Source: Eledone cirrhosa
Taxonomy: Eukaryota
DNA: 64,000 nt
Assembly (NCBI GenBank): GCA_964016885.1
Contig: OZ024757.1
Span: 6,758,001-6,822,000, forward strand
Direction of reading: 5' to 3'
The position numbers and the translations under genes were made by a program. Under the pieces are notes generated by a model, which saw only the letters and a list, made by a program, of their open reading frames with translations, was not told the DNA's origin and made no database searches. Positions 1 to 10,300 of this stretch are shown piece by piece (positions within the stretch are counted from its first letter, which is position 1; each line of letters opens with the position of its first letter).

Positions 1-2348
1 ATGGCTGTGGAGGCACTCCTAGTCAAACGTAAACAAGGTATGGAGCGTTTACGCTTCGCGATTTTGTTTACGTTTGACTAGGTGTGCCTCCACAGCCACA
101 ACTCTTGATGTTACGGAGATATCTTGCTGAAATTCATACCACCCACAGCCAATGAGTGTCCGCACATGTACTTCTAATTACACATCGATCCGTCAACATC
201 CGGCCGGCCCACGATCGACGCATAGGGCCGGATGGCCCGTTTTCAGTGAATTTTCACCGGAATCGATCTGTAATTACTGGTACATGTGCGGACACTCATT
301 GGCTGTGTGTGGTGTGATTTTCGAGAAAAACTGCCCATGCTAAATGAGGCAGCTGAAGTCCGCCGGCGAATGGTGTGCTTCGAAGAAAACGAATTCGAAA
401 ATGACTATTTGCCGGCGGAATCACCTTTTCGGTCCTGGTCCGGCCGGATCTTGCCGGATCGATCGGAAATTTGTGGACCATGTTCGGAAGGCCATTGTGC
501 ATGTGTCGTGAAAAAAAGATGTGTCGAAATCTTCTCGGAAAATTACGGATCGCCGGCGGAGATTGCCATTTCGATCGTGGGCCGGCCGGATCTTGTCGGA
601 TCGATTCGGACATATGTGCATCGTGTTCGCAAGGCCCTTGTCTATGTGTGGTGTGATTTTCATAAAGAAATTCCGAAAAACCCAGTTTTAAATCTGATTT
701 CGCCAAAGAATTTTGGGTAGCAGATCGGGTTGAAAGGTATCGTTTCAAGTCGATCTGAAAGTCTAAAATGGAATTCACTCGGTTAGCTAACTTTTGATAT
801 ATCGGAGATATCTTTCTGAAAATCACACCACACACTCCCAATGAGTGTCTGCACATGTACCAGTAATTACAGATGGATCCCACCACGGGCGGCTGGCCCA
901 CGATCGAAAAGGTTACTCCGCCTGCAAACGGTCATTTTCGAATTCGTTTTCTTCGAAGCACACCATTCGCCGGCGGACTTCAGCTGCCTCATTTAGCATG
1001 GGCAGCTTTTCTCGAAAATCACACCACACACAGCCAATGAGTGTCCGCACATGTACCAGTAATTACAGATGGATCACACCACGGGCGGCTGGCCCACGAT
1101 CGAAAAGGTTACTCCGCCTGCAAACGGTCATTTTCGAATTCGTTTTCTTCGAAGCACAACATTCACCGGCGGACTTCAGCTTCCTCATTTAGCATGGGCA
1201 GTTTTTCTCGAAAATCACACCACACACAGCAAATCTGTGTCCGCACATGTACCAGTAATTACAGATCGATTCCGGTGAAAATTCACCGAAAACGGGCCAT
1301 TCGGTCCTGTGCGTCGATCGTGGGCCGGCCGGATGTTGACGGATCGATGTGTAATTAGAAGTATATGTGCGGACACTCATTGGCTGTGCGTGGTATGCAT
1401 TTCAGCAAGATATCTCCGTAACATCAAGAGTTATGGCTGTGGAGGCACACCTAGTCAAACGTAAACAAGGTATGGAGCGTTTACGCTTCGCGATTTTGTT
1501 TACGTTTGACTAGGTGTGCCTCCACAGTCACAACTCTTGATGTTACGGAGATATCTTGCTGAAATTCATACCACCCACAGCCAATGAGTGTCCGCACATG
1601 TACCTCTAATTACACATCGATCCGTCAACATCCGGCCGGCCCACGATCGACGCATAGGGCCGGATGGCCCGTTTTCAGTGAATTTTCACCGGAATCGATC
1701 TGTAATTACTGGTACATGTGCGGACACTCATTGGCTGTGTGTGGTGTGATTTTCGAGAAAAACTGCCCATGCTAAATGAGGCAGCTGAAGTCCGCCGGCG
1801 AATCGTGTGCTTCGAAGAAAACTAATTCGAAAATGACCGCTTGCAGGCGGAGTAACCTTTTCGATCGTGGGCCAGCCGCCCGTGGTGGGATCCATCTGTA
1901 ATTACTGGTACATGTACGGACACTCATTGCCTGTGTGTGGTGTGATTTTCGAGAAAAACTGCCCATGCTAAATGAGGCAGCTGAAGTCCGCCGGCGAATG
2001 GTGTGCTTCGAAGAAAACGAATTCGAAAATGACTATTTGCCGGCGGAATCACCTTTTCGGTCCTGGTCCGGCCGGATCTTGCCGGATCGATCGGAAATTT
2101 GTGGACCATGTTCGGAAGGCCATTGTGCATGTGTGGTGAAAAAAAGTTGTGTCGAAATCTTCTCGGAAAATAACGGATCGCCGGCGGAGATTGCCATTTC
2201 GATCGTGGGCCGGCCGGATCTTGTCGGATCGATTCGGACATATGTGCATCGTGTTCGCAAGGCCCTTGTCTATGTGTGGTGTGATTTTCATAAAGAAATT
2301 CCGAAAAACCCAGTTTTAAATCTGATATCGCCAAAGAATTTTGGGTAT

Positions 2349-2385
2349 CAGATCGGGTTGAAAGGTATGGTTTCAAGTCGATCTG
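2349..2385. other. Hairpin at the outer (inter-unit) symmetry axis
   Basis: CAGATCGGGTTGAAA-GGTATGG-TTTCAAGTCGATCTG: 15-bp stem with 13 Watson-Crick pairs and a 7-nt loop, present at each inter-unit junction. Confidence 0.85.
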
Positions 2386-2468
2386 AAAGTCTAAAATGGA
2401 ATTCACTCGGTTAGCTAACTTTTGATATATCGGAGATATCTTTCTGAAAATCACACCACACACTCCCA

Positions 2469-2620
2469 ATGAGTGTCTGCACATGTACCAGTAATTACAG
2501 ATGGATCCCACCACGGGCGGCCGGCCCACGATCGAAAAGGTTACTCCGAAGCACACCATTCGCCGGCGGACTTCATTTAGCATGGGCAGTTTTTCTTGAA
2601 GATCACACCACACACAGCCA
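2469..2620 (+). repeat. 152-bp deletion derivative of the 196-bp monomer
   Basis: Lacks 35 bp (TTACTCCG^AAGCAC) and 9 bp (GACTTCA^TTTAG) relative to the 196-mer; 196-44=152. Confidence 0.95.
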
Positions 2621-3012
2621 ATGAGTGTCCGCACATGTACCAGTAATTACAGATGGATCCCACTACGGGCGGCTGGCCCACGATCGAAAAGGTTACTCCG
2701 CCTGCAAACGGTCATTTTCGAATTCGTTTTCTTCGAAGCACACCATTCGCCGGCGGACTTCAGCTGCCTCATTTAGCATGGGCAGCTTTTCTCGAAAATC
2801 ACACCACAAACAGCCAATGAGTGTCCGCACATGTACCAGTAATTACAGATGGATCACACCACGGGCGGCTGGCCCACGATCGAAAAGGTTACTCCGCCTG
2901 CAAACGGTCATTTTCGAATTCGTTTTCTTCGAAGCACACCATTCGCCGGCGGACTTCAGCTTCCTCATTTAGCATGGGCAGTTTTTCTCGAAAATCACAC
3001 CACACACTGCAA
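2621..3012 (+). repeat. Two 196-bp sub-repeat monomers, left arm
   Basis: The core ATGAGTGTCCGCACATGTACCAGTAATTACAG recurs at 2621 and 2817, and as a variant at 3013, giving a period of 196. Confidence 0.97.
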
Positions 3013-3183
3013 ATCTGTGTCCGCACATGTACCAGTAATTACAGACCGATTCCGGTGAAAATTCACCGAAAACGGGCCATTCGGTCCTGTGCGTCGATCG
3101 TGGGCCGGCCGGATGTTGACGGATCGATGTGTAATTAGAAGTACATGTGCGGACACTCATTGGCTGTGCGTGGTATGCATTTC
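2990..3183. repeat. Nested imperfect inverted repeat within each arm (~65-bp stems, ~65-bp loop)
   Basis: GAAAATCACACCAC...TGTCCGCACATGTACCAGTAATTACAG...TCCG (2990-3054) pairs with CGGATCGATGTGTAATTAGAAGTACATGTGCGGACA...GTGGTATGCATTTC (3120-3183). The mirror copy lies at about 3341-3534. The 5' side of the loop holds CGGTGAA-AA-TTCACCG. Confidence 0.9.
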
Positions 3184-3248
3184 AGCAAGATATCTCCGTA
3201 ACATCAAGAGTTATGGCTGTGGAGGCACACCTAGTCAAACGTAAACAA

Positions 3249-3275
3249 GGTATGGAGCGTTTACGCTTCGCGATT
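3249..3275 (+). other. 27-bp asymmetric central spacer containing a mini-hairpin
   Basis: GGTATGGAGCGTTTACGCTTCGCGATT contains AGCGT-TT-ACGCT, almost coaxial with the large palindrome. It has the same orientation in all 38 units. Confidence 0.95.
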
Positions 3276-3511
3276 TTGTTTACGTTTGACTAGGTGTGCC
3301 TCCACAGTCACAACTCTTGATGTTACGGAGATATCTTGCTGAAATTCATACCACCCACAGCCAATGAGTGTCCGCACATGTACCTCTAATTACACATCGA
3401 TCCGTCAACATCCGGCCGGCCCACGATCGACGCATAGGGCCGGATGGCCCGTTTTCAGTGAATTTTCACCGGAATCGATCTGTAATTACTGGTACATGTG
3501 CGGACACTCAT

Positions 3512-3707
3512 TGGCTGTGTGTGGTGTGATTTTCGAGAAAAACTGCCCATGCTAAATGAGGCAGCTGAAGTCCGCCGGCGAATCGTGTGCTTCGAAGAAA
3601 ACTAATTCGAAAATGACCGCTTGCAGGCGGAGTAACCTTTTCGATCGTGGGCCAGCCGCCCGTGGTGGGATCCATCTGTAATTACTGGTACATGTACGGA
3701 CACTCAT
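3512..3707 (-). repeat. 196-bp monomer, right arm (inverted); 0-2 copies per unit
   Basis: Reverse complement of the left-arm monomer with the arm-specific variant AAAACTAATTCG. Two copies after the axes at 6822, 10578, 37674, 39453, 41232, 48546, 50174, 55318, 57098, 58878 and 62438; none after e.g. 50, 15739 and 52150. Confidence 0.93.
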
Positions 3708-4046
3708 TGCCTGTGTGTGGTGTGATTTTCGAGAAAAACTGCCCATGCTAAATGAGGCAGCTGAAGTCCGCCGGCGAATGGTGTGCTTCGAAGAAAACGA
3801 ATTCGAAAATGACTATTTGCCGGCGGAATCACCTTTTCGGTCCTGGTCCGGCCGGATCTTGCCGGATCGATCGGAAATTTGTGGACCATGTTCGGAAGGC
3901 CATTGTGCATGTGTGGTGAAAAAAAGTTGTGTCGAAATCTTCTCGGAAAATAACGGATCGCCGGCGGAGATTGCCATTTCGATCGTGGGCCGGCCGGATC
4001 TTGTCGGATCGATTCGGACATATGTGCATCGTGTTCGCAAGGCTCT
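3708..4046 (-). repeat. Old diverged monomers (196 bp + 143 bp) ending the right arm
   Basis: GGCCGGATCTTGCCGGATCGATCGG...TGTTCGGAAGGCCATTGTGCATGTGTGGTG is repeated about 143 bp later as GGCCGGATCTTGTCGGATCGATTCGG...TGTTCGCAAGGC(T/C)CTTGTCTATGTGTGGTG. Both align to the monomer motifs GGCGGAG..TTTCGATCGTGGGCC and CATTGGCTGTGTGTGGTGTG. Confidence 0.85.
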
Positions 4047-4399
4047 TGTCTATGTGTGGTGTGATTTTCATAAAGAAATTCCGAAAAACCCAGTTTTAAA
4101 TCTGATATCGCCAAAGAATTTTGGGTATCAGATCGGGTTGAAAGGTATGGTTTCAAGTCGATCTGAAAGTCTAAAATGGAATTCACTCGGTTAGCTAACT
4201 TTTGATATATCGGAGATATCTTTCTGAAAATCACACCACACACTCCCAATGAGTGTCTGCACATGTACCAGTAATTACAGATGGATCCCACCACGGGCGG
4301 CCGGCCCACGATCGAAAAGGTTACTCCGAAGCACACCATTCGCCGGCGGACTTCATTTAGCATGGGCAGTTTTTCTTGAAGATCACACCACACACAGCC

Positions 4400-7300
4400 A
4401 ATGAGTGTCCGCACATGTACCAGTAATTACAGATGGATCCCACTACGGGCGGCTGGCCCACGATCGAAAAGGTTACTCCGCCTGCAAACGGTCATTTTCG
4501 AATTCGTTTTCTTCGAAGCACACCATTCGCCGGCGGACTTCAGCTGCCTCATTTAGCATGGGCAGCTTTTCTCGAAAATCACACCACAAACAGCCAATGA
4601 GTGTCCGCACATGTACCAGTAATTACAGATGGATCACACCACGGGCGGCTGGCCCACGATCGAAAAGGTTACTCCGCCTGCAAACGGTCATTTTCGAATT
4701 CGTTTTCTTCGAAGCACACCATTCGCCGGCGGACTTCAGCTTCCTCATTTAGCATGGGCAGTTTTTCTCGAAAATCACACCACACACAGCAAATCTGTGT
4801 CCGCACATGTACCAGTAATTACAGACCGATTCCGGTGAAAATTCACCGAAAACGGGCCATTCGGTCCTGTGCGTCGATCGTGGGCCGGCCGGATGTTGAC
4901 GGATCGATGTGTAATTAGAAGTACATGTGCGGACACTCATTGGCTGTGCGTGGTATGCATTTCAGCAAGATATCTCCGTAACATCAAGAGTTATGGCTGT
5001 GGAGGCACACCTAGTCAAACGTAAACAAGGTATGGAGCGTTTACGCTTCGCGATTTTGTTTACGTTTGACTAGGTGTGCCTCCACAGCCACAACTCTTGA
5101 TGTTACGGAGATATCTTGCTGAAATGCATACCACGCACAGCCAATGAGTGTCCGCACATGTACCAGTAATTACACATCGATCCGTCAACATGCGGCCGGC
5201 CTACGATCGACGCATAGGGCCGGATGGCCCGTTTTCGGTGAATTTTCACCGGAATCGATCTGTAATTACTGGTACATGTGCGGACACTCATTTGCTGTGT
5301 GTGGTGTGATTTTCAAGAAAAACTGCCCATGCTAAATGAGGAAGCTGAAGTCCGCCGGCGAATGGTGTGCTTCGAAGAAAACTAATTCGAAAATGACCGT
5401 TTGCAGGCGGAGTAACCTTTTCGATCGTGGGCCAGCCGCCCCTGGTGGGATCCATCTGTAATTACTGGTACATGTGCGGACACACATTTGCTGTGTGTGT
5501 TGTGATTTTCAAGAAAAACTGCCCATGATAAATGAGGAAGCTGAAGTCCGCCGGCGAATGGTGTGCTTCGAAGAAAACGAATTCGAAAATGACTATTTGC
5601 CGGCGGAATCACCTTTTCGGTCCTGGTCCGGCCGGATCTTGCCGGATCGATCGGAAATTTGTGGACCATGTTCGGAAGGCCATTGTGCATGTGTGGTGAA
5701 AAAAAGTTGTGTCGAAATCTTCTCGGAAAATAACGGATCGCCGGCGGAGATTGCCATTTCGATCGTGGGCCGGCCGGATCTTGTCGGATCGATTCGCACA
5801 TATGTGCATCGTGTTCGCAAGGCCATTGTCTATGTGTGGTGTGATTTTCATAAAGAAATTCCGAAAAACCCAGTTTTAAATCTGATTTCGCCAAAGAATT
5901 TTGGCTATCAGATCGGGTTGAAAGGTATGGTTTCAAGTCGATCTGAAAGTCTAAAATGGAATTCACTCGGTTAGCTAACTTTTGATATATCGGAGATATC
6001 TTTCTGAAAATCACACCACACACTCCCAATGAGTGTCTGCACATGTACCAGTAATTACAGATGGATCCCACGACGGGCGGCCGGCCCACGATCGAAAAGG
6101 TTACTCCGAAGCACACCATTCGCCGGCGGACTTCATTTAGCATGGGCAGTTTTTCTTGAAGATCACACCACACACAGCCAATGAGTGTCCGCACATGTAC
6201 CAGTAATTACAGATGGATCCCACTACGGGCGGCTGGCCCACGATCGAAAAGGTTACTCCGCCTGCAAACGGTCATTTTCGAATTCGTTTTCTTCGAAGCA
6301 CACCATTCGCCGGCGGACTTCAGCTGCCTCATTTAGCATGGGCAGCTTTTCTCGAAAATCACACCACACACAGCCAATGAGTGTCCGCACATGTACCAGT
6401 AATTACAGATAGATCACACCACGGGCGGCTGGCCCACGATCGAAAAGGTTACTCCGCCTGCAAACGGTCATTTTCGAATTCGTTTTCTTCGAAGCACACC
6501 ATTCGCCGGCGGACTTCAGCTTCCTCATTTAGCATGGGCAGTTTTTCTCGAAAATCACACCACACACAGCAAATCTGTGTCCGCACATGTACCAGTAATT
6601 ACAGATCGATTCCGGTGAAAATTCACCGAAAACGGGCCATTCGGCCCTGTGCGTCGATCGTGGGCCGGCCGGATGTTGACGGATCGATGTGTAATTTGAA
6701 GTATATGTGCGGACACTCATTGGCTGTGCGTGGTATGCATTTCAGCAAGATATCTCCGTAACATCAAGAGTTATGGCTGTGGAGGCACACCTAGTCAAAC
6801 GTAAACAAGGTATGGAGCGTTTACGCTTCGCGATTTTGTTTACGTTTGACTAGGTGTGCCTCCACAGCCACAACTCTTGATGTTACGGAGATATCTTGCT
6901 GAAATTCATACCACCCACAGCCAATGAGTGTCCGCACATGTACTTCTAATTACACATCGATCCGTCAACATCCGGCCGGCCCACGATCGACGCATAGGGC
7001 CGGATGGCCCGTTTTCAGTGAATTTTCACCGGAATCGATCTGTAATTACTGGTACTTGTGCGGACACTCATTGGCTGTGTGTGGTGTGATTTTCGAGAAA
7101 AACTGCCCATGCTAAATGAGGAAGCTGAAGTCCGCCGGCGAATGGTGTGCTTCGAAGAAAACTAATTCGAAAATGACCGCTTGCAGGCGGAGTAACCTTT
7201 TCGATCGTGGGCCAGCCGCCCGTGTTGGGATCCATCTGTAATTACTGGTACATGTACGGACACTCATTGCCTGTGTGTGGTGTGATTTTCGAGAAAAACT

Positions 7301-10300
7301 GCCCATGCTAAATGAGGCAGCTGAAGTCCGCCGGCGAATCGTGTGCTTCGAAGAAAACTAATTCGAAAATGACCGCTTGCAGGCGGAGTAACCTTTTCGA
7401 TCGTGGGCCAGCCGCCCGTGGTGGGATCCATCTGTAATTACTGGTACATGTACGGACACTCATTGCCTGTGTGTGGTGTGATTTTCGAGAAAAACTGCCC
7501 ATGCTAAATGAGGCAGCTGAAGTCCGCCGGCGAATGGTGTGCTTCGAAGAAAACGAATTCGAAAATGACTATTTGCCGGCGGAATCACCTTTTCGGTCCT
7601 GGTCCGGCCGGATCTTGCCGGATCGATCGGAAATTTGTGGACCATGTTCGGAAGGCCATTGTGCATGTGTGGTGAAAAAAAGTTGTGTCGAAATCCTCTC
7701 GGAAAATAACGGATCGCCGGCGGAGATTGCCATTTCGATCGTGGGCCGGCCGGATCTTGTCGGATCGATTCGGACATATGTGCATCGTGTTCGCAAGGCC
7801 CTTGTCTATGTGTGGTGTGATTTTCATAAAGAAATTCCGAAAAACCCAGTTTTAAATCTGATATCGCCAAAGAATTTTGGGTATCAGATCGGGTTGAAAG
7901 GTATGGTTTCAAGTCGATCTGAAAGTCTAAAATGGAATTCACTCGGTTAGCTAACTTTTGATATATCGGAGATATCTTTCTGAAAATCACACCACACACT
8001 CCCAATGAGTGTCTGCACATGTACCAGTAATTACAGATGGATCCCACCACGGGCGGCCGGCCCACGATCGAAAAGGTTACTCCGAAGCACACCATTCGCC
8101 GGCGGACTTCATTTAGCATGGGCAGTTTTTCTTGAAGATCACACCACACACAGCCAATGAGTGTCCGCACATGTACCAGTAATTACAGATGGATCCCACT
8201 ACGGGCGGCTGGCCCACGATCGAAAAGGTTACTCCGCCTGCAAACGGTCATTTTCGAATTCGTTTTCTTCGAAGCACACCATTCGCCGGCGGACTTCAGC
8301 TGCCTCATTTAGCATGGGCAGCTTTTCTCGAAAATCACACCACAAACAGCCAATGAGTGTCCGCACATGTACCAGTAATTACAGATGGATCACACCACGG
8401 GCGGCTGGCCCACGATCGAAAAGGTTACTCCGCCTGCAAACGGTCATTTTCGAATTCGTTTTCTTCGAAGCACACCATTCGCCGGCGGACTTCAGCTTCC
8501 TCATTTAGCATGGGCAGTTTTTCTCGAAAATCACACCACACACAGCAAATCTGTGTCCGCACATGTACCAGTAATTACAGACCGATTCCGGTGAAAATTC
8601 ACCGAAAACGGGCCATTCGGTCCTGTGCGTCGATCGTGGGCCGGCCGGATGTTGACGGATCGATGTGTAATTAGAAGTACATGTGCGGACACTCATTGGC
8701 TGTGCGTGGTATGCATTTCAGCAAGATATCTCCGTAACATCAAGAGTTATGGCTGTGGAGGCACACCTAGTCAAACGTAAACAAGGTATGGAGCGTTTAC
8801 GCTTCGCGATTTTGTTTACGTTTGACTAGGTGTGCCTCCACAGCCACAACTCTTGATGTTACGGAGATATCTTGCTGAAATGCATACCACGCACAGCCAA
8901 TGAGTGTCCGCACATGTACCAGTAATTACACATCGATCCGTCAACATGCGGCCGGCCTACGATCGACGCATAGGGCCGGATGGCCCGTTTTCGGTGAATT
9001 TTCACCGGAATCGATCTGTAATTACTGGTACATGTGCGGACACTCATTTGCTGTGTGTGGTGTGATTTTCAAGAAAAACTGCCCATGCTAAATGAGGAAG
9101 CTGAAGTCCGCCGGCGAATGGTGTGCTTCGAAGAAAACTAATTCGAAAATGACCGTTTGCAGGCGGAGTAACCTTTTCGATCGTGGGCCAGCCGCCCCTG
9201 GTGGGATCCATCTGTAATTACTGGTACATGTGCGGACACACATTTGCTGTGTGTGGTGTGATTTTCAAGAAAAACTGCCCATGATAAATGAGGAAGCTGA
9301 AGTCCGCCGGCGAATGGTGTGCTTCGAAGAAAACGAATTCGAAAATGACTATTTGCCGGCGGAATCACCTTTTCGGTCCTGGTCCGGCCGGATCTTGCCG
9401 GATCGATCGGAAATTTGTGGACCATGTTCGGAAGGCCATTGTGCATGTGTGGTGAAAAAAAGTTGTGTCGAAATCTTCTCGGAAAATAACGGATCGCCGG
9501 CGGAGATTGCCATTTCGATCGTGGGCCGGCCGGATCTTGTCGGATCGATTCGGACATATGTGCATCGTGTTCGCAAGGCCATTGTCTATGTGTGGTGTGA
9601 TTTTCATAAAGAAATTCCGAAAAACCCAGTTTTAAATCTGATTTCGCCAAAGAATTTTGGCTATCAGATCGGGTTGAAAGGTATGGTTTCAAGTCGATCT
9701 GAAAGTCTAAAATGGAATTCACTCGGTTAGCTAACTTTTGATATATCGGAGATATCTTTCTGAAAATCACACCACACACTCCCAATGAGTGTCTGCACAT
9801 GTACCAGTAATTACAGATGGATCCCACGACGGGCGGCCGGCCCACGATCGAAAAGGTTACTCCGAAGCACACCATTCGCCGGCGGACTTCATTTAGCATG
9901 GGCAGTTTTTCTTGAAGATCACACCACACACAGCCAATGAGTGTCCGCACATGTACCAGTAATTACAGATGGATCCCACTACGGGCGGCTGGCCCACGAT
10001 CGAAAAGGTTACTCCGCCTGCAAACGGTCATTTTCGAATTCGTTTTCTTCGAAGCACACCATTCGCCGGCGGACTTCAGCTGCCTCATTTAGCATGGGCA
10101 GCTTTTCTCGAAAATCACACCACACACAGCCAATGAGTGTCCGCACATGTACCAGTAATTACAGATAGATCACACCACGGGCGGCTGGCCCACGATCGAA
10201 AAGGTTACTCCGCCTGCAAACGGTCATTTTCGAATTCGTTTTCTTCGAAGCACACCATTCGCCGGCGGACTTCAGCTTCCTCATTTAGCATGGGCAGTTT

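Larger units (their letters stand above)
2711..3813. repeat. Long inverted repeat: ~538-bp arms around a 27-bp spacer (one per unit)
   Basis: 2711-3248 (GTCATTTTCGAATTCG...GTCAAACGTAAACAA) is the reverse complement of 3276-3813 (TTGTTTACGTTTGAC...CGAATTCGAAAATGAC), with scattered substitutions and no net indel. Mirror positions sum to 6524. Confidence 0.97.
2368..4147. repeat. Representative 1780-bp unit (outer axis to outer axis)
   Basis: Order within the unit: outer linker, 152-bp monomer (+), two 196-bp monomers (+), nested-IR module, inner arm, 27-bp spacer, inverted inner arm and module, 196-bp monomer (-), diverged 196- and 143-bp monomers (-), outer linker. Confidence 0.95.
2368..4147. 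mobile_element. Possible non-autonomous foldback/MITE-like transposon origin of the unit
   Basis: Long inverted arms made of variable numbers of tandem sub-repeats match the architecture of foldback elements (Drosophila FB, Galileo, Tetris; sea-urchin TU). No transposase, element terminus or target-site duplication is identifiable here, so this is inference only. Confidence 0.4.

Noticed and set aside
2469-3060. CRISPR-like regular recurrence of a conserved core
   Set aside because: The intervening sequences are themselves repeated rather than unique spacers, the period is 152-196 bp, and there are no cas genes.
3052-3072. CGGTGAA-AA-TTCACCG hairpin next to an A/T run as an intrinsic terminator
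   Set aside because: There is no upstream gene and no evidence of a prokaryotic context; it is one of many small dyads in the repeat.
2362-3255. AAGGTATGG as a 9-bp Mutator-type target-site duplication or a 5' splice donor
   Set aside because: The bases immediately inside the two copies are not inverted termini of each other. No exon or acceptor context supports splicing, and the inner copy is mutated in 12 units.
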